Shown in pieces: positions 24,964 to 38,839 of a stretch of 64,000 nt of DNA. The notes beneath the pieces are model-generated. The model worked only from the letters and a program-made list of their open reading frames with translations, was not told where the DNA came from and ran no database searches. Both the position numbers and the translations under genes were made by a program. Source of the stretch: Phallusia mammillata (Eukaryota); assembly GCA_965637545.1 (NCBI GenBank), contig OZ281500.1, positions 12,400,001 to 12,464,000 on the forward strand, in the 5' to 3' direction. Positions within the stretch are counted from its first letter, which is position 1. Every line of letters starts with the position of its first letter.

Positions 24964-26310
24964 ACAATAATGTATGCCTTGTGCTAAACTGAAAATGATG
25001 CTGCAAAAAGAAATATTCATGGGTGGTTTGAAACCAGTACATCACTCCTATTAGACCTCTCTATGATTGAACACATATTTGGGACTGGGCCAATCCGACG
25101 AAAATTTTAAACACATATGGTTGCTTTTTTATCTTTAGGGCTTGTATAACGTTTGATCCAACTAAAAATTACAAATACTGTTTTGGGGTGATGCAAACAC
25201 GTGGAAACCCGCATTAGACAAAAATTACAAATAAACAGTATGCGAACAGATAAGGGACCACTCATTTCAGCGATCCCCCAACGGAATTTGGTACTTGGGC
25301 TGTTTTAGCCTAAAGTTAAACAAAAACTCTCCACTAATATTGCAAAATGAACCTGTCGGCAGTTCAAATAAATCCGGTGCAAACCCAAGATTAAAATGGA
25401 TATATGCACATAACTTCTTGTAAAATTATTTTAAATACACTGCATTTTTAGAAAATAAAGATCACAACATACAAGTCAATAGAGTTTCTTTTAGGGTTTG
25501 GAAGTTACAAAAGTGCAACCATGCTCATTCGGAATCGTACAAAGGCAATATAAAAGTAAATGTATGTGGAAGGATGCACAACTTTACAACACTAACACTT
25601 GACTCAAACTAGTACGTCAATGCCACAGTTTGTGGAACATAAAATAAGCTGCACAACTGGTGGACGTAAAAGCACCATTAGCAATACATAACAGCGCAAC
25701 GTTGATCCTGACAATTAAGTGTAATCGTATAGCACTGATAAAAAATACAGACACAATGTGTTTTAGGTTGAAAGCGTTTTCCATACTAAGAAAGGGGGAA
25801 AATAGTAGGGCAAATATCTGGTTGCACGGTTCTGTTGTAAAGGATACCACGCCAATTTGGTCTGAACTTGGCTAATTGTCACACAAACAATAGAATCTCA
25901 AATGTAACAACTTTGCCCTGGGGTACAATGTTGTCTAACGCACTTGGCCGGACGCTCGGAAACGTTAACGAGCTGTACAAGCAAGTTGATGCAACAAGGC
26001 ACATGCTTGTTTCTGATCGAAGAGATTAAATCTACTTACAGCGGTGAGCCTACAATTACATGAGGATTAAAACTAAGGTCGAAAGCACTAAAAACAGGCT
26101 GCTATGACGTAAATTAACACAGCGGATTGGCACAAACGGGAGTTCAACAAAATACTGTTCGACTGCACATAGCCAAAGCAGCAGCACAATACATGAGCAT
26201 ATAAATGTCACGGTTTAAATCACGACGTACGTTGTGTACTGTTGGAATGATTTTTACATGTAAAGGGTATCGGATTGCAAAAATAAACAAACACAGCGTC
26301 GATAACGGTT

Positions 26311-29300
26311 TCAAATTTCACTGTACACAGGTTTAAAGTCAATATTTCTTTTTTGTGCGCTTTCGGGTGTTGCAGGCGTCCTTGTTTTATGATGACGGGA
26401 TCGATGATGTTTTCCACCCACGGACGAAACAGAACGAAAGTCTTCCACTTTTAACATAAACACCGTGTTCAGTTTTGCAAAATAGCAATGTATGCTAACT
26501 GCAGGCACGTTCGGTACTTTGCCATGTGAATGTTACTAGTTTTTGTGCAAATTCTTTTCGCCTAACCCTTTAGAGCAGTGGTTCCCAATCGGAAGGAATT
26601 TGAAAACTTTAGGAGAGGAATCTACTTTTTTATGTCTGGTTTGTAAATGGACACTTAAGCTCTGAGAACAAAACCTGTGAAATTGATGACAGACCCAATT
26701 TTTAAAGATCTTTTTATGGTCAACTTTTAATGTAGTCTATTAGGAAGGAATGAAAATATTATGAACGGACAAGAGAGGAATTCGTCAAAAAGGTTGGGAA
26801 CCACTGATTTGAGTTAATGTCAACCCTTGCCAATCTCTAACTCTACCAGCAAAACCGCTTATTGCCAGTTTAACGTTTTTTTTTGTTTCGGTAATTCAAT
26901 CTACTGTAACGCATTATGATGTAATTTCGGTAGATGCATAAAAATGCGAAATTCAATTTTACCTGATAACGAGGTTTTCGTATCCCAGTCTTTGCCAGGT
27001 TTCTGTGGAGATTTGTATTTATGGTGGTGGTTGTGTCCATTGCTCTGCATGGAGCGTTGTTTTTCTTGTTGAACTGTGGTGGTAATTTGGAGGGGTGACA
27101 CCATGCCATCATCCAAGGTCAAGGCACTGAAATAAATTTGCACATAGTTCTGTTTAATTCAAAAAGTCTTTATGTTCAGATATAGCAAAAATCCAGAGTG
27201 ATGTGAAGTATTACAAATGTTCCGTTATTCGGGTTGGTACATTTTTAAAGTTGACATTTGTTTTCATTCAATCCAGCTACCTCTATAACTAATAAATCCA
27301 AAAACACTCAAAGTGAGAAAAGGCGAATTTTCGCCAAAGTGTTTGGGATGCGAAATAGTTTTTCCATAACTTGAGCATCCGTAACCAACAAAAAATGCCC
27401 AAGTCCAAAAAGCAAACAAGCCTCTCGGCAAGGTATTAACAAACACACACCTAAATCCGGACACCGTACTCGATCTTTTATTTGTTGATCTGTGTCTGTG
27501 ACGTCGGCTCGGATTCGGGTTGCCCTCAGTTCTTCAAAGAAACAAATACAAATATTGACTCGTGCAGCAGTGGGCAAAGAATTTAATTCACTTACTTCAC
27601 TTCGGTGTAGGAAATATCATTCATAATTATTGCATCTGTCGGCTCTGTGGGTTCAACAACATCACGCCTGAAAGAAAGTTTATGTAACTTTATTTAAAAT
27701 ATCCACAGTTTAAACAACCCATACACTCATTAAAATTTGAGCTTTGATGAGAGATTTAGGTTTTGTGCATAAAGTTTTGTTTATTTGTGAGGGCTAATAG
27801 TTTTCGTTCTTGCTCTGTGCGCTTTATTCCAAATAATTACATTTAAAAATTGACTTGAAGTTTACTGCATATCTTTTCCTAAAATGTCACGTGAGTTTCT
27901 AAAACCGTACCCATCTGGCCATGTTACCGCACTAAACTCGCAGGAAATAAAATTAAAATGTGACAAAGGCTAGCACTAGCAGACAAGGGGGATTAAAAAA
28001 ACCTTACACTTTTCTCCCAAAATTATGCTAACGCACATCACACATTCCGCAAGAATCATGACATTTGATCTACAACATAATTTCACGTAGTCAACTACCG
28101 GTGCGTGTTTAAGGGAGCTTGGTGGAGTGACTCGCCGGTAAGTTGCCTTCAAACATCCACTGATAAAATTCCTGCGCTTAACAGACGGTGCTTTGATAAT
28201 TACCTGAAATGTTGCCACAACTGTTGCCTTGCCGCTTCGTCTTCCCGAGATAATCTGACCAAAAAGTGAAACATTGCATTAAAATTTTGCCTAAAGCAAT
28301 TCATAATTGTTGTCACCTCGACTTTTAGTCAAAACAAATGAAATGGCAAAAATATATATAAAAGAGTATTGCTCTTCCAGCATTTTTTATGATAAATATT
28401 CGACATTTCGACGTGCTAAATGAGATGCTTTCAACATGACATACCTTGAATGACAAATTTCTTACGAAGTGACCAAAGCATCAAAACACAGACATGATAA
28501 GGATATATTAGGTCTGAAATGTGTCTTGAAACCGGTTTATTATACATACATACAGAACAATGGAGTAGTATGAAGTTATCAACACGTAAATTTTCACAAC
28601 CTGAAAGCGAGCTAACTAAAATGCCTCGTGACCAAAACACATCACCGGACGACGAAATAAAAAGACCGAGACCACTTGCTAAGTTTCTTCCCTAAAGTTT
28701 GTTATCAAGGTAACATACCTTTTCTGTCTCCGTTGCGAGCGACTTTCAGATTGCGGAGATGAGATGGAATTTTGCCGGCGCTTAGATTTCTCGATATCCA
28801 ATCTCACTCTGTTGCCCATTTCCGTGTCTGTGTGGTAATTGCGGCGCCTGTTGAGGATCAAGAGTGGAATGTGATGACGTACGAACACTTTGCCGGTTTT
28901 GCGCAGTAATTAGGGAAGATTATCGGTATGACGTCAAAAAACTTGCCGCGCCAATCTCAGGTAATTACTTTTGTTTGTATTTTACGTTCAAACACAAGAT
29001 CATATTTGGGCGTAAACACATTGTGCATATAGTTCTAATAATTAAATTGGATGGTATTGTAAGAATACACACTGCGGAGTAAATACAGAGTATCAAAAAA
29101 ATGGTACTAGAACAAATAAATCATTAAAACGTATCAAAACAAATACCGGGCAGAATACAACCATTATATTTGTGTACCAGACGTGGAAGACACGTGCGAC
29201 TGAATTTAAAAATTGTTGACGCACATTGAATTTCACACTATTGGGTGACAACTTGACAACAAAAGCCCGATACTTTTTTTATAAAACAATGTTTATCGTT

Positions 29301-32300
29301 AGGAACGACAAAACAACGTTTAAGACGGTGCATTTTAAACCGTGTATTTGAGAATTACTAGCAACAACAGTTAAGGAAAGCCATATTTATTGCAAAAAAC
29401 GATGACATGATTTTTTCACAGAAGTATACATTGAGCAAAATATTAGTACAATGGTGCGTAAGGTTGTAAATTCCTACTAACCCACAACGAGCAGGCATCT
29501 TCGTAATGACGTCACTGCGATTGTTCGACGAGGTTTTATGACGCATACGTAATGGCGACAAGGTAGTGATAAAACACTAAGTCCGACGAGGCCCGACTTT
29601 GTGGAAGCAGGTAATTACGACTTACACACATAATTTTTGCACTGTTTCCACTTCACACATTTGCAGCCAACAACAACTTTGCTGTCTTATTTTGAGTTGT
29701 TGCAGTTTTATGGAAAAACACAATACATGATATGTTTTTGTGTTCTTTGTGCACCATTGCCTTGTTTTTCACGACATCTCACATTATGTTTGTTGTTTAC
29801 TAGGAAGTCATAAACCTAATTTTGAGACTTATACAACCCCCACAATGTTTATGACATGATAATTTTTCTGGATTTATTGACTAAGAGCAGTGATGCACAA
29901 TGATTGACCTACATTACGAACATAAATCCCTACCAAATTAAATGTTCAAATAGGAGTTTTCAAACTAAAAAAATCTAAAGATTACATTTGTCTAATAAAA
30001 CCAAATTTTCTTAGAATAGGTTGAATATGAAGTATGTTGGGTGGGACAAATCAAATAACAATAAACTTACTTTCTTCTGTGAGACACATCACTGGCATCA
30101 CTTTGGTAGTTGGAATGTTTCTGTCTTGCCCTAGATCGAATTCGTCGCTTACTTGGACTGTCAGATTCTTCCCCACTTGATCGACCTCTGCCTGATCTAA
30201 AAAAACAGTGACAGTAAGTTTTCGCGATTTAAAGTGCACCAATTAAACACATACAGTTGTAATCACCCAAAGTTAAATACCTTTAACTGGTATATACACA
30301 TGCAAAATTTAATGAATAAATTTCAAAATACATAATTTTTATAAAAATAAATTGGAAAGTGTACCTATGTTTGCGATTCCTGTTTTCAGTGTCGCTTAGT
30401 GACTGTAATTGTCTGTTTCTTTCCCTCCTTTCACTTTTCGGTGTCATGTACTTAACGGCCATGTTTTGCTCAACATCCGACACGCTGAACATGCCTCTGT
30501 GTATATTTGATTAAACATGAAACTTTCGCGATGGCTTGTATAACACCAAACACCAAACTTTATGGACTGTAAGTTTGTTTGTAACATAACTACTTTTAGT
30601 TGCAATTGACAGATTAAGAAAAAACTATTACTTTTTTTCCATGACTTGATTCCATTGTGTATTTTGTCTGTCATCATTTTGTGTAGTTGTCATGTTTTTG
30701 TTGTTGTTTTCAATATTTTCCTTAGCTACCACCTCTGTTGGTAGAAAATAACAAGTCAAAACACAAAAAACATTCCATTGTTTAGTGTGAGCAATGCACA
30801 TTTAAATGACTCATCTTTAACTAAATGGGACAAAAATGGCATTTTCACAAAAAAAAAACATTACAAACAGAAAGCATAAGGTGTGCCTATTAGCTGTTAA
30901 AGTTTGGTTCAAATCATTACCCTAAACTGCATTGACAATTGTAACAACAAACCAAGTTTTGCATGAAGTTTAAACCTATATAGCAGGGGTGGCCAGACCT
31001 GCTTCATGCTCTTGCCGTATATCACAAAACTTAGTTTAAAGAGCCGCAGCACAAAAAATCAAAAACGAATTTATTCACTCACAATGACATGTACGCTATC
31101 AAATAATTATTATTGTTGTGTGGTGATACTGTGAGTATCCGCCTGGGTTGCAAGGTGTTGATATGATGGGAAAGTTATTGTGTTTAGCTTCGTAATGACG
31201 TTTCAAGTTGCTAGTTTTGTAATGATTGAGCGAAGCTTGACAGATAAGACACACAGGTTTAAACTTTGCAATTATTGCTAGCATAAGTAATGTCAGCCTT
31301 GACTTACAGCTTAAATCTGACAATATATTTGACTGCAATGCACAAGCTAGCACGCTTCTGTACAATAATGTTCTTGTCATTTTTCAGAATGTATATTGGT
31401 TATTATGAAGAGCCAGTATATTGTTAATACGTAATATAATGCATTGTTTTGTCATCTGGTCAGACAACTGCAATGCATGTGCAACATTAAAGAGCCGCAA
31501 TCAAAGGCTCAAAGAGCCGCAGATTGCCCCCCCCCCCCTGCTATATAGTTTTGAGCCTAAATACAAAATCTTGTTATCTTCATCATTTTTTAATTGGTTT
31601 TGATGCCTCGGCTTGAAATATTTCAAATTACTGATGTATTTCCATAAATGGTCAGACATACCAACTCAATGGTATAATAAACAATCGTTTGTTGATAATT
31701 AATTAGGAAACTGAAAGTGGCTCAACTATTCTGATTAATTATCATTAAGCCGAAAAATCTTTGAAGACATACCTTAGTGTACAAATTTCATTAGTGCAGC
31801 ACTACATTTTGTTTCTTATTGCAACAAAACCATATAAGTTTAATGCACTTGATAGATCCTACAAACTGCTCCAATATATATACATGCAAAAACTATAAGC
31901 AACTTTTTGGCAGCAAATGAAACAAAATTTGTGACCTTCACCATCCTTGGCAGATCGTGGGGGATACCGCTTACTGCTTCCTCTGTGAACTTCTGGCTCC
32001 TCACGCTCAACCTCTGACTGCAAAATTTCTGCCTCAGTTCGCCCGCTATACCTGGTTTAAATTCAGTGTCATGGGCATGATACATAACAGAAGTGCACAA
32101 TATGCAATTAGCAAATACCTGAATTTGTTGTTCCATGTGGTGTTGACAACATTTTGAGGTAGTCTGTAAAATACATGATGTTCCACAACACTTTTCCATA
32201 TCAGCTGACATTCCTCACTTGATCTTAGCTCAAAATTGTGTATGCTTTCATTTCCCTACAATTTTGAAAATAACCCCTTAAACACATGTACATGATGTTT

Positions 32301-34037
32301 TTGTAATTGCACTCAATTACCTGCTTAGTTTTAACAGTAATCTTCATGCGTCTATCTTTGTAATCCACTAGTGTAATTCTTGGCCTGTGAAACAAAAAAC
32401 ATCACATTGTCACACATTTAAGCACACAAGTTGCTTGTAACCAAAATAGTGTTCAATAAATTTGCTCTTTCGCAATACAAGAGTGGATTACACTTACCAG
32501 TAGTAAACAGCTATCCTGTATTTGTTTTTAAATGTTTCAATGCCCCTTGGAGATATGCCAAGCATAAATTGCATTCCAGCATCACCTTTAACAGGATTCA
32601 TTTCTACTCCATACATGTCAAGCTGTCGACATTTACGCAAGTATTGCATTTCAGCACTGGCAGGCACCAAGCCTCTACATAAAAAATGCAATGTCACAAA
32701 TTTCCAACAGAACATGACAATTTTGAACGCTTGTTAATACATACTTAAACATGGCATGCAATCTTCCAACTTCATATTCAAACTGTTCATCCTGGTTTTG
32801 AACAAAGCGAAATTCAGAAACATATCCTGATTTGTGTTCCGATGGGTGAAAGTCTCCAATTTCAGCTAAAAATCCAGAGTGGAGGGTTTAATTTGATACA
32901 TCGCATAATTAAAGTATTTTTAAAAATGTTTTGATTTACATTGCAATGCCAAAGCAGATAATTCAGCAGCCTTTTTCCAAGAGCAAGGAAGTCTTGAGGT
33001 AAGAATATCTTGTTTCAATTGAAGAAAAAATTGGTAGCGGGTGACCTCTTCTTTGCATGAACATGGGTCAGCGGGATAGAACTTCACAGCAAATTTCAAA
33101 CTGCATTGACCAGCTGATATAACTACAGATAAAATATTTGATTATAGTATTGGCTGTTATAAAAATTTCATATTTAGGATTAAAAAAAAAGTAATATAAC
33201 ACTGAAAGCAGTAGTCATGATGTAGGTGTTTTTATTTTCATAGTTCTTTCACACCAAACCTATCAATTTCAAATGCAAGAAATGGTTAAAATTACATTGA
33301 ACTAAACTGAACAAAAATAAATCTGCCAACATTATTGATGTGTGCAGACAAATCGGCACACTACCTTTCATAAGCTGTTCATCATTGCACAGTGCTTTAG
33401 CTGGATCCAACCATCTCTGTTAATAAAATAATAGTTTGTTGTTTATTCAATCCACAATGGAGAAATACTGTTACCACAGAAATGGTTTAAATTCTATATT
33501 TAAAAAAATGCCAATAAAAGCCTATGAAATATGTGAAATTACACATGCTACATTTAAAAATAAAATTTGCCGAAATAATACATACATTGTTGTAACTTAG
33601 ATCAACAAATTTGATTCCAAAATAATCTTTTTCAACGAGATTGAGGTGATGGCAAACAACTTCCAGTAAGACATGTCCCTTGCTAGTCACCTATGCACAA
33701 ATAGTAACAGATAAAATATTTGTAAATAAAAACAAGCTAACCAGTCAAAAGAAATCAAACCTTAATATTTTGATTTTTAGAAAATGTGACATGGCTTCCA
33801 TCCAGCAATGAAACTTCACAAGAAAAAGGTTCTTTTTGTTTAACACAACAAAGCATTGAGAAAATTAGTGTCTGCTTACATCAATATAATCATTTTACCT
33901 TAAAAAAATCTGACATAAAATGGTATCTGTCTGACTGTGAAAGAGTGAGTCAGTGTCAGTGAGTTAATTTACATCTCATAAAATCGTTCAACATGAGATC
34001 CAAAATGAAAATTCTTTGAAGATGTTGAACCTTTCAT
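26311..34037 (-). CDS. EPB41L4A: Band 4.1-like FERM-domain protein, closest in motifs to EPB41L4A (NBL4)
   Basis: Exons give [47 protein letters not shown]...RLPC, EIGDF....[56 protein letters not shown]|TEGNP; ends PVYSEI* (class I PDZ-binding-like). 5' end (ATG at 34037) is uncertain. Confidence 0.8.
26576..26806. mobile_element. hAT-type MITE in the last intron region of the FERM gene
   Basis: TIRs CAGTGGTTCCCAA / TTGGGAACCACTG; TSD degenerate (CTTTAGAG vs ATTTGAGT). Confidence 0.75.
30984..31540 (-). mobile_element. Internally deleted hAT transposon with a BED-finger transposase remnant
   Basis: Ends CAGGGGTGGCCA... and ...CCCCTG; perfect 8-bp TSD CTATATAG. Minus ORF 31099-31380 contains [27 protein letters not shown], a zf-BED-like CxxC...H...H motif of hAT transposases. 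Confidence 0.85.
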
Positions 34038-34235
34038 ATCGTAAATATATGACTAAGGTTCAGGACAACAACTCATTTTCCTAACAACACGAAAGTTTAT
34101 CTACTTCAACCTGGGCACAACTGCAACAAACGAATAACAACCGAATAGCATTTGGAAAAAAAGATTGAATGTACATATGGATGGTTTAATTTTCACGGTT
34201 CATTGGACATCAGTTTCACGGTCAATAATAATGAG

Positions 34236-36298
34236 GGTAAGCACTTAATGTAAAGCGGCAGGTCCTGAGTTACCGTTGTCAAGAAGAAATTAGCGAATTT
34301 GGCGCGAAATACTAAAAATGGTGCTTTAAGCCCAGGTAAACTCTTAAACTAGTGATTAAGCGAAAATAGTCAATTAGCTGAGTTAAAAGACACCGTCCTT
34401 TTTGTGCGTGACCCCTATCGAGGTTATTCGCTGTAGCAAATTAGAGGTAAATGTGTTGCAACGGCCGGTAAGTTATTTTTAAAAAGTCAGCAAATCCTTT
34501 TTGCAAGGGGTTTTCGCTTTTTAGGCTTAAAACGTCGCAGTCCATTTTGTTAAATGCTGTGATACGCCTAATTATACCGTACAGTAGTCGATTCTACGAT
34601 TTTAAGTTGTAGCCTGCTAGTGGTAAGTAACAAGTAATCATTTTGTGATTATTGCATCATTTTTAAGTAAAGATGTTTATTTTAAGACTTATCTGTACAT
34701 ACAGGAGCGCTGCTGTTAAACAAACCTGTTGTGTCCTATGACTTCTGCGCCAACTATGTCATCATACTTGTGGTAAGTTTGTGTATGGCCCAATTTCATA
34801 AAAGCTAATGCATGTCTCTCATATCCTAATTCCTAATAATACATGCCACTACCTATTTTTTACTTTTGTTTTAGATAAATAAATAAGAGATTTACTGGGA
34901 GAACAGATACTTTCTATTAATGATCAATCTTTTATCTCATATACCTGCTGGATGCCAACCAACAGAACTGTCATAGCCAAAACTTATCAAATCTTCACAA
35001 GGAAAAGCACTTTTGCCAAACACCAGCAAAGTCAGTGATAAAGGACATCTAAAATCGGCTTTATTATATGGTTTTGAAAACCAAACTTGTTACTTTTAAA
35101 CAAAAACCTCCCAAATTGAAAAATTCCGGCAATTCAGATAAACCTCCAAGTTGCTCCAAATACACAAGTTACGGGATAAAAGTGTGACAAGTACAGTTCC
35201 AGTCAAACTTTGCAGTATTTTACATCAGTTTTACTTTGAAATGTTTCCTTTCTTTTTTGTCATTGTCAGGATGCTTGCTGTTTGCATGTGACCCAAGAGG
35301 TGCAAATATGCTCTAGCTCTACCACTATTTTACCCAAACTAAAAATATCTGTACAAGCCAACCCAACTAAACATTTTATGACAGGCATACTATGGTGAAT
35401 TGTAGAAAAAAAAGAGAAAGCTTAACAAAAGTATAAACAATCTACAAATTTTTACTACTATTATAAGACTACAACATCATATTAATTGAGAAATTTAAAA
35501 CCAACTTCAAAAGTAAAGCAACAATGAAAATGAATTTTCAAACTTTCTGCATAATTATGTTCTTTAATTGTGTTTAGCCAACAGTAAATTGCAAAATAGA
35601 TTGCATGTGGTAGTATCCCTTTAGCATCCCTGGAGAACAAATGTTCTCATTTGCAAAATGAAAGACATTATTTTATCTTTTACGAGTTTCGTTCTGCTGT
35701 GTTTTATACTGTAATTTAAATTTGTGTGTGATGTTTTTAACAACTATGTACTGCATTGTACTTTGCTGCAAAATAAAAATAATGCAACAGTTTTTTTTTG
35801 TAACATTGCTATACAAGTTAGAAGTGACCAGGAAAAAGCTCAAACAAGCGATAGCAAACATTAACATTTTATGCAGCCAAAATGCAAAAAATGCTGTGTG
35901 CAATTTTACTGGATTAACTCCACATTGGGTATAAGAATAGAAATTTGGATTGTAGCAATGAACCAACATTGGTCCTAATTAAAATAATATTTTGTATGAT
36001 GTCAAACACTCAAAAACCTAATTATGCAACTTTAATGTCTGACAGCGACCATCTTTTTCATTTATCCTTGTTTTACATCTAAATACTAACTTTTTATTTA
36101 AAAAAATCAATAAAAATATTGAAACATATAGCAAAAAAGGTTTATACCGCATCATTTACCCTGTGTAACAAGTGGCAAATAGCTTAAACAAGTAATGCGG
36201 GAGTGTGGTTATGACGTCATAAGCGCCTTTCATTTTGATTGTTATTTTTGTGTATCAACCGTAACTCAGGACCTGCCGCTTTACATTAAGTGCTTACC
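34236..36298. mobile_element. Non-autonomous DNA transposon with 43-bp TIRs and 9-bp TSD (Mutator-like by TSD length)
   Basis: Left GGTAAGCACTTAATGTAAAGCGGCAGGTCCTGAGTTACCGTTG; right end is its reverse complement with 1 mismatch. TSD AATAATGAG at 34227-34235 and 36299-36307. No transposase ORF seen. Confidence 0.85.
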
Positions 36299-36999
36299 AA
36301 TAATGAGTACCTACTACCTAGTACCTATGTCCTATTTCCAAAGAACTCCATAGAGTTCTTTGGCATTTCACAACAGCAAGAATTTAAACCACTGGTAATT
36401 TTCCAGAACAGTTTTGTTGCATTATAAATTAACAGAGAAAAAACTGAAAAACTGAAAATTTGACAAAAATATTTCTTGTCATTTGAATTTTTAAAAGATT
36501 TGAAAGAAACAAAATGTTCGGTTACATTGCCTATTTTTTGTTTCAATCAGGGAAAGTGCATACATTTAAATAAGGGTAAGGCGATTTAGATTTTACGATA
36601 TTTCGTACGATACCGCTATAAACTAACCAAAGTTTCCACGGTGGCCGCCACCGTGCTTTACAAACCCAAGGTGGCGGCGCCACCCCGCCACCGCCTACTC
36701 GGCGCCAATGACCAGACCGTTAATACAGTAATACTGTACTCTCATGTGTCATAGTATCAAGGGTGGTAGAGCTACCTATCGAAAATTGAGCACTTTTGGA
36801 TCAGGAGAAACGGATGGTGTTAGTAGCTCTACCATCAAGGGTAAGGGGTGGCATAGTAAATATATTTTCTATTGAATTTAGTTGGTGACGATCAAAAATG
36901 GTATAGCAGCGAGGGTGGCATAATAGCAAGGTGGCATGGTATCGAAGTTTGACTGTATATATAAAAACCAAGTATTTTAAAACAAAAAAGCAGGTAAAT

Positions 37000-37537
37000 C
37001 AGGGGTGTCCAACCTTTTTGGCCAAAGGGCCACATGCGGTTTACGAATGATTGCGCGGGCCACTTGAGTGTTTACTGCTAATTTGTAATCTTAAAATGGC
37101 TGTCCACATGTCCACTTTTCTTAGTATATTCTGTTAGCTTTACTTGCTTTTCGTTTCTTATTTGGCATAATCTATATCACTGCAGAGTGCGTAAGATATT
37201 TCACTGCTGAATGCGTTTTGCGCAAGTGTTTGATATCAGATGTACAACAATGAAGCAAGAAATATTGACTGACTCTTGAAGCAAGAGTAAGATTGTAGAC
37301 GTAACAATGCAGAAATTGTGATGCGTAACAATGTGCATTGTGATGCAATAAAAGTAACTTGAACAGTTGTGTATTACTCTATTAACAAAGAAATAAAGCA
37401 AACAATAAATGCCAATCCTCGGATTGTAAGATCGCCATAAATTGCACAGGCGTTAAAGTTCATAATACAAGTCATTTCGAAAAATACCGCGCGGGCCAAT
37501 CAGAACCTTCCTGCGGGCCACGGGTTGGACACCCCTG
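37000..37537. mobile_element. hAT-type MITE
   Basis: TIRs CAGGGGTGTCCAACC / GGTTGGACACCCCTG; perfect 8-bp TSD AGGTAAAT. Confidence 0.92.
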
Positions 37538-37977
37538 AGGTAAATGGTGGCCGTTGGTAAAATAAGAATCTGCGATGCGGCTGTCGTAGCAAAATGGTTG
37601 TGCACCCCTGCACTTAGGTTTTGTTTTCTTTTTTTGACGCAACAAAGAGCACTGTGAGCGTTGCTCGTGAGCAGAAAAACAACGAAATTTTGTTGGCAAC
37701 AAAAACTTATTACTTATATTTTTCATGTTTGTGTACAGATGTTAAAAATACAATGCTTGATTTTGGTAAAAATAAAAAATAAAAATTGCCGGAATTAAAG
37801 CAACCCTGAAACAAGTTGCTTGTATTATTATGTCAGAATTTAACAAAATGACAAACAGTAACTGTTGCCACTACGCTTAAACAAAAACTAATTACGACCC
37901 ACCAAACAAAGGGAGTAGGTTTTGGGTTAAAAACCTAAAATGTAACTTTGGGGTTCGACCTGAAGTATATCGTAGGG

Positions 37978-38538
37978 CAGTGGTTCCCAACCTTTCTACA
38001 CCGTGGGACCGGTAAAATTGTAACAAAAAATCCACGGACCGGCAACAATTAAAAGATCGTAGTAAATGCAACAGATATTTGAAAGCTTTTTTTTCACCAA
38101 AGTTGTCCTTGTGCAGCATAATGCAAGTTTTAGTCATAGCCGATGTATTTAGGACGAAAAATTACAACTAAACGGCAATCAACTCAACTAAAACAACAAA
38201 ACGCCAATCCATTTACATATAAAAACAATGTTAGTGGGATGTTTGCTGTTGTTTCGCTTCCAGTATGAATCTCATCTCAAAAGCGAAGAATAACTTTGTT
38301 TGTTGAATGCTAGACACAGTTTATGACAAAACAATCACAAACGTCACAAAAGCTTTATTGACCAATTTTACGGATATCAACCCAGTTTTTACAGCCAAGC
38401 GTAAAATGAGTTTCGCAGGTACCAACAACTTTGCAATAGGCCTACATGTCACTCCACTTTAAAAAGTTGCTTGGCTTAAAGTAAGATAGTTTGCGGACCT
38501 ACAAAATATTTACGCGGACCGGCGGTTGGGAACCACTG
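37978..38538. mobile_element. hAT-type MITE nested in the end of an older hAT MITE (outer TIR ends at 38579)
   Basis: TIRs CAGTGGTTCCCAACC / GGTTGGGAACCACTG; perfect 8-bp TSD TCGTAGGG; a second right TIR GGTTAAGAACCACTG lies at 38565-38579. Confidence 0.9.
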
Positions 38539-38839
38539 TCGTAGGGGTTCGGCCGTGATAAAAAGGTTAAGAACCACTGGTTTAACAGAAATATCTACTT
38601 TTAAAATTTTTGGTTGTAAGGGTATAGCCTAGTTTGGTTGCTGGTAGTCGAAAGTAATTCTTTTGTGGTGGAAGCCGTAGTTTAGAAGCAACACTTCAAT
38701 AAGCAAACGTTGATTTTGAGCAGGAGGTAAACAGGCGGCAATGTTTTTGCTTTTTTATGTCGCAACGTGTCTGACATATCCCCGGTTGAAGTAAGTGTAT
38801 TATATTGTATGCTTACAATAGTTTCAGATCATAAAAAAT

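Noticed and set aside
31526-31538. Poly-C run replacing part of the hAT right TIR
   Set aside because: Most simply a homopolymer expansion or sequencing artefact; no biological inference drawn.
36590-36960. GC-rich GGTGGCG repeats and a TACAGT...ACTGTA-bounded segment
   Set aside because: Probably further MITE fragments, but ends and TSDs could not be paired confidently.
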